A DNA stretch of 64,000 nucleotides from Burkholderiaceae bacterium. GTDB taxonomy: Bacteria; Pseudomonadota; Gammaproteobacteria; Burkholderiales; Burkholderiaceae_C. A program made the position numbers and the translations under genes. This document shows, piece by piece, positions 28,354 to 41,405 of this stretch. Below the pieces are notes generated by a model. That model saw only the letters and a program-made list of their open reading frames with translations. It made no database searches and was not told the DNA's origin. The stretch lies in contig JACKLO010000025.1 of NCBI GenBank assembly GCA_024235915.1, positions 3,554 to 67,553 of the forward strand, given 5' to 3'. Each line of letters opens with the position of its first letter. Position 1 is the stretch's first letter.

Positions 28354-29415
28354 TCAGCCGTGGCGCTGTTCGATGGCGAACGCGGCGCCCGCCAGCGCCG
28401 CCAGCGTGTCGGTGATCAGCGCGGTGGGCACGGCGGCCAGATAGTCGCGGAAGCGGCCCTTGGCCTCGAAGCGCTCGCGGAAGGGCGACGTGAAGAAGCG
28501 TTCGCCCAGCCGCGGCACGATGCCGCCGCCGATGAACACCGCGCGGGCGCCCATCGTCAACGCCACGTTGCCGGCAAAGCCGCCCAGCAGGGCACAAAAG
28601 ATGTCGAGCGTGCGCGCGCAACCGGCGTCGCCGGCCAGCCCGCGCTCGACCACCTGTTCGGCGCTCAACGCCTCGGGCGCCCGCCCTTCGGCCAGCGCCA
28701 CGTAGTGGTGCAGCAGCGGCAGGCCGATGCCCGAGAGCAGGCGCTCGGCCGACACGTGCGGCCACTGGGCGCGGGCATGGCGCAGCACCTCGCTCTCCAG
28801 GTCGTCCATCGGCGCCAGCGTGGCGTGGCCGCCTTCGCCGGGCAACGCCATCCAGCCGGCCTCGGTGTGCACCACACCCCCCACGCCCAGGCCGGTGCCC
28901 GGGCCGATGACGGCCAGCGTGCCGGCCGCCACCGGCGCAGCCCCGTGGGCGCGCCACTGCGCGGGACGCAGGCGTGGCAGCGACAGCGCCAGCGCCTCGA
29001 AGTCATTGAGCACCTGCAGCGAGGCCAGACCCAGGTCGGCCTGGAACTCGGCACAGGAAAAGGACCACGGGCTGTTGGTCAACGCCACCTGGTCGCCCCG
29101 CACCGCGGTGGCCACCGCCATGGCCGCGCGCCGGGGCGCGGCCGCCACGCCGGCCGGCAAGCCCGCCAGGTAGGTGCGCGCCGCTTCGGCCGGGCCGGCA
29201 CTGTCGGCCACCGCGAACTGGCGCACGTGCTCCACGCCACGCGCCGGTGACGTCACCCAGCCGAAACGGGCGTTCGTCCCGCCCACGTCGGCCACCAGCC
29301 AAGGCAGCGCCAAGCCACCGCCAGCCGGCGCGACATCGGCGCCCGGGGCGGCACCGGGGGCGGTCAAGGGCGCCACCGGGTCGGGGCGGCACACGGCTTG
29401 CTGCTGCACGGGCAC
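28354..29415 (-). CDS. glk: Glucokinase (Glk family)
   Basis: LVADVGGTNARF, LNDFEA, GPGTGLGV, EGGH, SAERLLSG, GGGIVPR, RFEAKGRF. Confidence 0.92.
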   Translation of the reverse strand: MPVQQQAVCRPDPVAPLTAPGAAPGADVAPAGGGLALPWLVADVGGTNARFGWVTSPARGVEHVRQFAVADSAGPAEAARTYLAGLPAGVAAAPRRAAMAVATAVRGDQVALTNSPWSFSCAEFQADLGLASLQVLNDFEALALSLPRLRPAQWRAHGAAPVAAGTLAVIGPGTGLGVGGVVHTEAGWMALPGEGGHATLAPMDDLESEVLRHARAQWPHVSAERLLSGIGLPLLHHYVALAEGRAPEALSAEQVVERGLAGDAGCARTLDIFCALLGGFAGNVALTMGARAVFIGGGIVPRLGERFFTSPFRERFEAKGRFRDYLAAVPTALITDTLAALAGAAFAIEQRHG

Positions 29416-29447
29416 GGAATCATCCAGTCTTTCTGCAAGCGAACCAC

Positions 29448-29462
29448 GGTAGCAAAACTACA
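29448..29462. promoter_or_regulatory. Putative HexR-type operator (glk side)
   Basis: GGTAGCAAAACTACA (reverse strand TGTAGTTTTGCTACC). Confidence 0.55.
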
Positions 29463-29534
29463 CACCACCCGCAAGCCGGATCGACCCTTCACCCGCTCAC
29501 TTCTCTGGTGAGACAACGGGCTGGCTTGCCGCGC

Positions 29535-29549
29535 TGTAGTGGAGCTACC
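29535..29549. promoter_or_regulatory. Putative HexR-type operator (glk-hexR side)
   Basis: TGTAGTGGAGCTACC, same architecture as 23555-23569. Confidence 0.55.
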
Positions 29550-29632
29550 TTGTGGAACCCCTGATGCCCACCCGGCAGTCGCGCCCCACAATAGCGCATC
29601 CGATGCCGCCCGATGGCGCCCAACGCAGCTGC

Positions 29633-31543
29633 ATGACCCCATTTGACCGCCCGCGCCTGATCGCCGACATCGGCGGCACCTACGCCCGTTTTGCGCTGGA
29701 GTTCAGCGCCGGCCAGTTCGAGCACGCCACGTCGCTGCGCTGCGCCGACCACGCCGACTTCCATGCCGCCGTCACCGCCTACCTGGCCAGCGTGCCGGCA
29801 CCGCGGCCCGACCACGCCGCCGTGGCCATCGCCAACCCGGTCGAAGGTGACCAGGTGCGCATGACCAACTACCACTGGCAGTTCTCCATCGAGCAGATGC
29901 GCGACGAGCTGGCGCTGGAGACACTGGTGGTGGTCAACGACTTCACCGCGCTGGCGATGGCCCTGCCCCGCCTGGGCCGCCACGACACGCGGCAGGTGGG
30001 CGGCGGTGAACCCCGGGCGCGCAGTGTGATCGGCCTGCTCGGCGCAGGCACCGGCCTGGGCGTGTCGGGCCTGATCCCGGCCGGCGACGGCCACGTGGCC
30101 CTGGGCACCGAAGGCGGCCACGTCAGCTTCGGCCCCCGTGACGCCCGGGAACACGCCATCCTGGCCTTTGCCGAACGCGAGTTCGACCACGTCTCCTTCG
30201 AGCGCCTGGTTTCCGGCCCCGGGCTGGAACTGATCCACCGCGCCCTGCGTGACCGCGCCGGCCTGCCGCCCGATGGCCTGAAGGCGCCCGAGATCACCCG
30301 CCGCGGCCTGGACGGCAGCGACGCACTGTGCCGCGAGACCCTTGACGCCTTCTGCGCCATGCTGGGCACGGCGGCCTCGAACCTGGCCGTCACCCTGGGC
30401 GCCATGGGCGGCATCTTCATCGGCGGCGGCATCGTGCCGCGGCTGGGCGCGTACTTCGAACAGTCACCCTTTCGCGCCCGCTTCGAGGACAAGGGGCGCT
30501 TCTCGGCCTACCTGGCCGGCATCCCCACCTATGTGATCACCGCCGAGAACGCCACCTTCATCGGCGCGTCGGCGATCCTGTCGGAGCAGCTGCGCGGCCG
30601 TCACGGCCACAGCGGCTCCACGGTGCTGGGGCAGATCCAACGCACGCGCGGCAGCCTGTCGCCGGCGGAGATGCGGGTGGCCGACCACGTGCTGGCACAC
30701 CCGCGCTCGGTGCTCAACGACCCCATCGCCAAGATCGCGCGCGCCGCCTCGGTGAGCCAGCCGACGGTGATCCGCTTCTGCCGCAGCCTGGGCTGCGAAG
30801 GCCTGTCGGACTTCAAGCTGCGCCTGGCGTCGAGCCTGACCGGCACCATCCCGGTGACGCACACCCAGGTCACCGGCGAGGACACGATGCTGGAGCTGGG
30901 CGTGAAGGTGCTGAGTAACAGCGCCGCGGCCGTGCTGCAGCTGCGCGACCAGCTCAACCGCGAGACCATCGACCGCGCGATCGACCTGCTCACCGCTGCC
31001 GAGCGCGTGGAGTTCTACGCCGTGGGCCACTACGGCGTGGTGGCCGACGACGCGCAGTTCAAGTTCCTGCGCTTCGGCGTGGCCAGCGGCGCCATCACCG
31101 ACCAGCGCCTGCAGCGCATGGCCGCCAGCGTGCTGCGCCCGGCCGACGTGGCGGTGATCATCAGCAGCAGCGGCAAGGTGGACGACCTGCTGGCCGTGGC
31201 CGACATCGCGCGCGAGCGCGGCGCCACCGTACTGGCCATCACCGCCAGCCATTCGCCCCTGGCCCGGCGGGCCGACGTGGCCCTGATCGTCGACCACGTG
31301 GAAGACACCGCCACCCACGTGCCCATGGTCAGCCGCATCCTGCACCTGCTGGTGGTCGACATCCTGGCCGTGGGCGTGGCCATGCGCCGCGGTGCCCAGG
31401 CGGTGCTGCCGCAGGAGACCCTGGGCGCGTTGGACGAGGTGCGGCCCGACACCGCCCCGCAGCCGCCGCGCATCGCGCGCCGCGAGGCGCCGGGCGTGAG
31501 CGCCGCCATGCCGCTGTCGCACCTGACGTCGCACAGCCGCTAG
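29633..31543 (+). CDS. Glucokinase / RpiR-family (HexR) regulator fusion
   Basis: N-terminal Glk (IADIGGT, NDFTA, GTGLGV, EGGH); then RpiR HTH (LSPAEMRVAD, VSQPTVIRFCRSLG..DFKL) and SIS domain. Confidence 0.9.
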   Translation: MTPFDRPRLIADIGGTYARFALEFSAGQFEHATSLRCADHADFHAAVTAYLASVPAPRPDHAAVAIANPVEGDQVRMTNYHWQFSIEQMRDELALETLVVVNDFTALAMALPRLGRHDTRQVGGGEPRARSVIGLLGAGTGLGVSGLIPAGDGHVALGTEGGHVSFGPRDAREHAILAFAEREFDHVSFERLVSGPGLELIHRALRDRAGLPPDGLKAPEITRRGLDGSDALCRETLDAFCAMLGTAASNLAVTLGAMGGIFIGGGIVPRLGAYFEQSPFRARFEDKGRFSAYLAGIPTYVITAENATFIGASAILSEQLRGRHGHSGSTVLGQIQRTRGSLSPAEMRVADHVLAHPRSVLNDPIAKIARAASVSQPTVIRFCRSLGCEGLSDFKLRLASSLTGTIPVTHTQVTGEDTMLELGVKVLSNSAAAVLQLRDQLNRETIDRAIDLLTAAERVEFYAVGHYGVVADDAQFKFLRFGVASGAITDQRLQRMAASVLRPADVAVIISSSGKVDDLLAVADIARERGATVLAITASHSPLARRADVALIVDHVEDTATHVPMVSRILHLLVVDILAVGVAMRRGAQAVLPQETLGALDEVRPDTAPQPPRIARREAPGVSAAMPLSHLTSHSR

Positions 31544-31648
31544 CCCCCCCTGAACGAGGGGGTGAAAGCGCATCACCTGCCGAGACCGCTGGACACCGGC
31601 GACGCGGCCGCGAGAATGCACAGCACCAATCACCCGGGGAGGGTTTCG

Positions 31649-32458
31649 ATGCGTGCTTCACTTCGTCCGGTCGCTGCGGCGGCCATTCTGGGCTTCTGCT
31701 GGGCCGGCGCCGTGGGCACGGCGCATGCGGCGGCGTCGGCCTCGGCGTCGATCGGTACGGTGTCGATCACGCTGATCGACCTGGACCCGCTGGATGGCAT
31801 TGCGCCATCGCTGACGTTTTTCGGTGAATCCAGCCAGTCTCAGGGCTACGTAGGGGACCCGTACGACTACGACTACACCTCGGCGGCGGGCTTCTACACG
31901 CCGACGTCGGCGTTGGCGTCCAGCACCACCGGGTGGGCCTCGGCCAGCACAGACGGCAACGGCGCCACGAGCAGCACCATGCTCTATGGGGCCACGGCCG
32001 ATGGTGTATACAACTATTCGAGTGGTTCTGGGTATTCGTACGGCCAGTTCACGCTTACACCATGGACCTTGGTCATCCTGACTACGTCCTACGACCTGGA
32101 GGCCATGACCACGATCGGCACGGATGGTGTCAATTACGAGTCCAGCCAGGGGTCTGCCCTACTGCAGATGGACATTGCTGGCGACGACGGTTGGGAGTAT
32201 CACTACGCTTACCGGGTTGCCAGCGCCAGTTACATGTGGGACGGGATGGGTTACGTGCCCACCAGCGACGCCGCTTCCGGCCAGATGACGCTCAGCGTCG
32301 CCAACGTCGCGGACACCGAAGTGTCGGGCGTCTTTTACGCCCAGGCGAATTCCTATGCCTCCTCCAGCATCGCCGCCGTGCCCGAACCCGGCACCTACGC
32401 GATGCTGCTGGCCGGCCTGGCTGGCATCGGCACCATGGTGCGTCGCCGCCGCCGCTGA
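31649..32458 (+). CDS. PEP-CTERM sorting domain protein
   Basis: Signal peptide; C-terminal [26 protein letters not shown]; Ser/Thr/Gly/Tyr-rich body. Confidence 0.93.
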   Translation: MRASLRPVAAAAILGFCWAGAVGTAHAAASASASIGTVSITLIDLDPLDGIAPSLTFFGESSQSQGYVGDPYDYDYTSAAGFYTPTSALASSTTGWASASTDGNGATSSTMLYGATADGVYNYSSGSGYSYGQFTLTPWTLVILTTSYDLEAMTTIGTDGVNYESSQGSALLQMDIAGDDGWEYHYAYRVASASYMWDGMGYVPTSDAASGQMTLSVANVADTEVSGVFYAQANSYASSSIAAVPEPGTYAMLLAGLAGIGTMVRRRRR

Positions 32459-32481
32459 CCCGTCCGCCGAACAGCGCCTCG

Positions 32482-32510
32482 AAGCCGGCCTCGTGCCGGC
32501 TTTGTCGTTT
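32482..32510 (+). terminator. Intrinsic terminator after PEP-CTERM gene
   Basis: AAGCCGGC-CTCGT-GCCGGCTT followed by TGTCGTTT. Confidence 0.6.
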
Positions 32511-32537
32511 CCGTGCCCCCGGTAGAATTCGCGCCGC

Positions 32538-32612
32538 GTCCCGAGGAGCGTTGCGATGGCCGGCCGGCCACCAGGCTCGGGGCGACCTGACGTTGCGGCC
32601 AACGACGCTCAT
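32538..32612 (+). ncRNA. SAH riboswitch
   Basis: CCGAGGAGCGTTGCGA..CCAGGCTCGG..CAACGACGCTCA matches the SAH aptamer core and pseudoknot; TAGAAT -10 just upstream; precedes metH. Confidence 0.85.
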
Positions 32613-32631
32613 CCTGCCTCCAGGCACGTGC

Positions 32632-35370
<2,739 letters not shown>

Positions 35371-35389
35371 GCCTGGGCGTGGCGGCGCT

Positions 35390-37367
<1,978 letters not shown>

Positions 37368-37472
37368 TCCGCCGCGGTCGCTGTCGCTAGGGCAATTCCG
37401 CTGGCGGTGACGCCAGTGGCCGAGGCATGCTCGCGGGTTGTTTTCACCGCCTGCCCTGCGAAGGACTGCCCC

Positions 37473-38630
37473 ATGAAGAAGACCCTCCCATTCACCCTCG
37501 GCGCCCTGGCCCTGGCCGCCCACCTGGGCGCCGCGGCCGCCGAGCCCATCAAGGTCGGCCTGATGCTGCCGTCCACCGGCACCTATGCCGCGCTGGGCGA
37601 CATGATCACCAAGGGCTTCAAGCTGGCCATCGACGAGCAGGGCGGCAAGCTCGGCGGGCGCGAGGTGCAGTACTTCAGCGTCGACGACGAGAGCGACCCG
37701 AGCAAGGCCACCGACAACGTCAACAAGCTCATCAAGCGCGACAACGTCGACGTGCTCATCGGCACCGTGCACTCCGGCGTGGCCGTGGGCATGGCCAAGG
37801 CCGCCAAGGAAAGCGGCACCCTGCTGATCATCCCCAACGCCGGCGCCGACGTCATCACCGGCCCCATGTGCGCGAAGAACATCTTCCGCTCGTCCTTCAG
37901 CAACTGGCAGCCGGGCTACGCCACCGGCGTCGTCGCAGCCAAGAAGGGCTACAAGACCGCGATGACCATCACCTGGAACTACGGGGCCGGGGCCGACACC
38001 GTCAAGGGCTTCCGCGAAGCCTTCGAGAAGGGCGGCGGCAAGGTCACCAAGGACCTGAACCTACCGTTCCCGGGCGTGGAGTTCCAGGCCCTGCTCACAC
38101 AGATCGCCGCCGAGAAGCCTGACGTCGTCTACGCCTTCTTCGCTGGCGGCGGCGCGGTCAAGTTCGTCAAGGACTGGGCGGCTGCCGGCCTGAAGAACAG
38201 CGTGCCGCTGATGGGCTCGGGCTTCCTGACCGACGGCACGCTCACCGCGCAAGGTGAGGCCGCGCAGGGCCTGATCACGTCGCTGCACTACGGCGACGAG
38301 ATCAAGAACGCGCGCAACGACGCCTTCCGCAACAAGTTCGCTGTCGCGCACAAGGCCAACCCCGACGTGTACGCCATGCAGGGGTTCGACGCTGCGCAGA
38401 TGCTGATCGCCGGTGTCAACGCCGTGAAGGGCGACATCAGCCAGAAGGACAAGCTGTACGCCGCCATCGCCGGGGCGAAGATCGACAGCCCGCGCGGCAC
38501 CTTCACGCTGAGCAAGGCGCACAACCCGGTGCAGGACTTCTACGTGCGCGAGGTCAAGGGTGAATACAACGTCGTCACCGGCGTGGCCGTGAAGGCGCTG
38601 GCCGATCCGGGCCGCGGCTGCCGGATGTGA
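37473..38630 (+). CDS. ABC substrate-binding protein, branched-chain type (aromatic acid/HbaE-like)
   Basis: Signal peptide, IKVGLMLP.TGTYA, GTVHSGV, IFRSSFSNWQP, DSPRG..HNPVQD; directly downstream of pobA. Confidence 0.85.
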   Translation: MKKTLPFTLGALALAAHLGAAAAEPIKVGLMLPSTGTYAALGDMITKGFKLAIDEQGGKLGGREVQYFSVDDESDPSKATDNVNKLIKRDNVDVLIGTVHSGVAVGMAKAAKESGTLLIIPNAGADVITGPMCAKNIFRSSFSNWQPGYATGVVAAKKGYKTAMTITWNYGAGADTVKGFREAFEKGGGKVTKDLNLPFPGVEFQALLTQIAAEKPDVVYAFFAGGGAVKFVKDWAAAGLKNSVPLMGSGFLTDGTLTAQGEAAQGLITSLHYGDEIKNARNDAFRNKFAVAHKANPDVYAMQGFDAAQMLIAGVNAVKGDISQKDKLYAAIAGAKIDSPRGTFTLSKAHNPVQDFYVREVKGEYNVVTGVAVKALADPGRGCRM

Positions 38631-38636
38631 GCCGCA

Positions 38637-39110
38637 GCGGCCGCTGACAACCCGGAGCGGACGTTCGGTGGTCCATCAACGCCGCCGTTCAGCGTGGCCG
38701 GGGTCGGCAGGCGTTCTCCGCCCACGCTCGCGGGCGCTGCCCGTGGTGTGCCACCGACGAGGCATCAACACCGGCGTCTGTCTGTCGCCGACGAGGCGAC
38801 CGCGAATGGGGCCTGCGCCCGCCCACCCGAACCCCGGCCTCTTCGGCGCCGAGGCGTCGGTCTACGGGAACAGCGAGCGGGTGTCGCAGGGTGGCGGTGG
38901 CGCCTGCGGGCGCAGGCCCCATTCGCGGTCGCCTGGACGCTGACGCACCACTGGCGGCGTTGAAGCCTCGGCCGCGGATCACCATGGCAGCGCCCCGCGA
39001 GCGTGGGCCGGAGAACGGGCGACGCCGCCGCCCTGCTGCAGCGGCGGTGGATCGCGAAGACCACGAGCGCTCGAACATGAGCATCCGCTCCGAGTCGAGA
39101 CCGGACACTG
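38637..39110. mobile_element. Second non-coding palindromic (MITE/REPIN-like) insert
   Basis: Left end ACCCGGAGCGGACGTT (38650-38665) is identical to 15708-15723; degenerate inverted copy at 39084-39108; nested stems 38794-38822 / 38906-38934 (29 bp perfect) and 38712-38748 / 38980-39017. Confidence 0.72.
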
Positions 39111-39159
39111 GCTTCAAGTGCCGTGACAATGCGTCCACAAATCTGATCCGGAGCGCCCC

Positions 39160-39462
39160 ATGATCCTCGAAGTCGCCGACATCCGCATCCAGCCCGGCCG
39201 CCAGGCCGAATTCGAGGCCGCCATCGTGCGGGGCGTGACCGAGGTCATCGCGCAGGCCAAGGGCTTCCGCGGCTGGAAGGTCAACCGTGGCGTCGAGAGC
39301 CCGGAGCGCTTCCTGCTGCACATCTTCTGGGACACGCTGGAGGACCACACCGTCACCTTCCGAGAAGGCCCGCTGTTCCCGCAGTGGCGCGCCATCGTCG
39401 GCCCGTTCTTCGCGTCGCCGCCGCAGGTGGAGCACTTCGAACTGGTGGCCAAGAGCGCCTGA
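39160..39462 (+). CDS. Antibiotic biosynthesis monooxygenase (ABM) family protein
   Basis: MILEVADIRI..FEAA, GVESPERF, WDTLEDHTVTFR, VEHF. Confidence 0.85.
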   Translation: MILEVADIRIQPGRQAEFEAAIVRGVTEVIAQAKGFRGWKVNRGVESPERFLLHIFWDTLEDHTVTFREGPLFPQWRAIVGPFFASPPQVEHFELVAKSA

Positions 39463-39465
39463 AGC

Positions 39466-40872
39466 ATGGGCGCCCGCGACACCCTGCTGGCCGCCGCGGC
39501 GGCCCACCTGGACGAAGGTCGCTTCGAGGCCGAGCTGGCGCGCCGCGTGGCCATCCGCAGTGCCAGCCAGGACGCCGACGCCGGGCCGGCGCTGCAGGCC
39601 TACCTGGCCGATGAGCTGGTGCCCACGCTGACGGCGCTGGGCTTCACGCACACGATCCACGCCAACCCGGTGGCCGGCGGCGGCCCCTTCCTGATCGCCA
39701 AGCGCATCGAGGACCCGGCCCGCCCCACCGTGCTGATGTACGGCCACGGCGACGTCATCCGCGGCCAGGACGCATCCTGGACCCGCGGCGCCGGCCCCTG
39801 GCAGCTGGCGCGCGACGGCGACCGGCTCTACGGCCGTGGCACGGCCGACAACAAGGGCCAGCACAGCATCAACATCGCTGCGCTGGCGCAGGTGCTGGCA
39901 GCACGCCAGGCCGGCGGCGGGAAACTCGGCTTCAACCTCACCTGGCTTTTCGAGACCAGCGAAGAGACCGGGTCGCCCGGTCTGGCCGCGTTCTGTGCGG
40001 CCCAGCGGGAGGCGCTGCGCGCCGACGTGCTGATCGCCAGCGACGGGCCGCGCCTTACAGCCTCGAAGCCCACGGTGTTCCTGGGGTCCCGCGGTGTCGT
40101 CAACTTCGACCTGAAGCTGACGCTGCGCGACGGCGCCCACCACTCCGGCAACTGGGGCGGCCTGCTGCGCAACCCGGGCACGGTGCTGGCCAATGCCATC
40201 GCCAGCCTGGTGGACGGCCAGGGTCGCATCCGCATCGACGCCCTGCGTCCGCCGCCCATCCCGGCCAACGTGCGCGCGGCGCTGGCAGGCCTGGAAGTGG
40301 GCGGCAGCCCCGACGACCCGGTGGTCGACGCCGACTGGGGCGAGCCGGGCCTGACCCCGGCCGAGCGCGTGTTCGGCTGGAACACGCTGGAGGTGCTGGC
40401 CTACACCACCGGCAATCCAGCGCACCCGGTGAACGCCATCCCGCCTTCCGCTTCAGCCACGATGCACCTGCGCTTCGTGGTCGGCACCGATGTCTCCCGA
40501 CTGGCCGACGTGGTGACCGCGCACCTGCAGGCACAGGGCTTCCCGCCGATCGAGATCAGTGTGGGCGAGGTGATGGAAGCCACACGGCTGGACCCGGACG
40601 ACCCCTGGGTGCACTTCACGCTGGATTCCATCGCGCGCAGCACGGGAGCGAAGCCAGTGCTGCTGCCGAACCTGGGGGGTTCGCTGCCCAACGACGTGTT
40701 CGCGCACATCCTGGGCCTGCCCACGGTGTGGATCCCGCACAGCTACCCCGGCTGCCGTCAGCACGCGCCCGACGAACACCTGCTGCGCCCGGTGGCGCGC
40801 GAGGCGTTGCAGATCATGGCCGGGCTGTTCTGGGACCTGGCGGACTTCGACGGACGGCGAGCCGCCGCCTGA
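39466..40872 (+). CDS. M20 family metallopeptidase/amidohydrolase
   Basis: YGHGDV, YGRGTADNKG, ETSEETGS, ASDG, HSGNWGG, QHAPDEH. Confidence 0.88.
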   Translation: MGARDTLLAAAAAHLDEGRFEAELARRVAIRSASQDADAGPALQAYLADELVPTLTALGFTHTIHANPVAGGGPFLIAKRIEDPARPTVLMYGHGDVIRGQDASWTRGAGPWQLARDGDRLYGRGTADNKGQHSINIAALAQVLAARQAGGGKLGFNLTWLFETSEETGSPGLAAFCAAQREALRADVLIASDGPRLTASKPTVFLGSRGVVNFDLKLTLRDGAHHSGNWGGLLRNPGTVLANAIASLVDGQGRIRIDALRPPPIPANVRAALAGLEVGGSPDDPVVDADWGEPGLTPAERVFGWNTLEVLAYTTGNPAHPVNAIPPSASATMHLRFVVGTDVSRLADVVTAHLQAQGFPPIEISVGEVMEATRLDPDDPWVHFTLDSIARSTGAKPVLLPNLGGSLPNDVFAHILGLPTVWIPHSYPGCRQHAPDEHLLRPVAREALQIMAGLFWDLADFDGRRAAA

Positions 40873-40907
40873 CGTGTCGGGCTGCTGCCCGACCGTCAGC
40901 CCGAAAG

Positions 40908-41405
40908 TCAGCCCGGCTGCGCGCCCGCCAGCTTCTTCAACAGCCGCCGCAACGTCGTGCGCTCGGCGGCCGTCAGCGCCGCCTGCACCTCGTCTTCCAT
41001 GTGCGCCGCCACGGCCTGCAGGCGACCGGCGAGCGCCGCGCCCTCGGCCGTGAGCGTGATGCGCACGGCGCGGCCGTCGTGCGGGTCGCGCCCGCGCTGC
41101 AGGAGGCCGCGCTCGGCCAACCGGTCCACCAGGGTGGTGACGTGCGGCGCCGGCATTCGCAGCGCATGGCGCACCTGCGTGGCCGAGGCGCGCTGGTTGG
41201 CCTGCAGCAGCATCAGCAACGTGAATTCCACGGGCCGCAGGCCGAACGGGCCGCCCACGTGGCGGCGGAAGGCCGCCGTGGTGGGCACTTCGGCCAGCGC
41301 CAGCAGGTAGCCCAGCAGGTGGTCCAGCCCGCTCGACAACAGGGCGGCACCCGCGGGCACGGGCGCCGCCGCCGGCTCAGCGGCGCGGGACGATGACCTC
41401 GGCAT
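40908..41405 (-). CDS. MarR family regulator (CouR/FerC/HcaR-like)
   Basis: LLGYLL, LVDRLAERGLL, DPHDGRAVRITLTAEG; last gene of the fcs operon. Confidence 0.85.
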   Translation of the reverse strand: MPRSSSRAAEPAAAPVPAGAALLSSGLDHLLGYLLALAEVPTTAAFRRHVGGPFGLRPVEFTLLMLLQANQRASATQVRHALRMPAPHVTTLVDRLAERGLLQRGRDPHDGRAVRITLTAEGAALAGRLQAVAAHMEDEVQAALTAAERTTLRRLLKKLAGAQPG

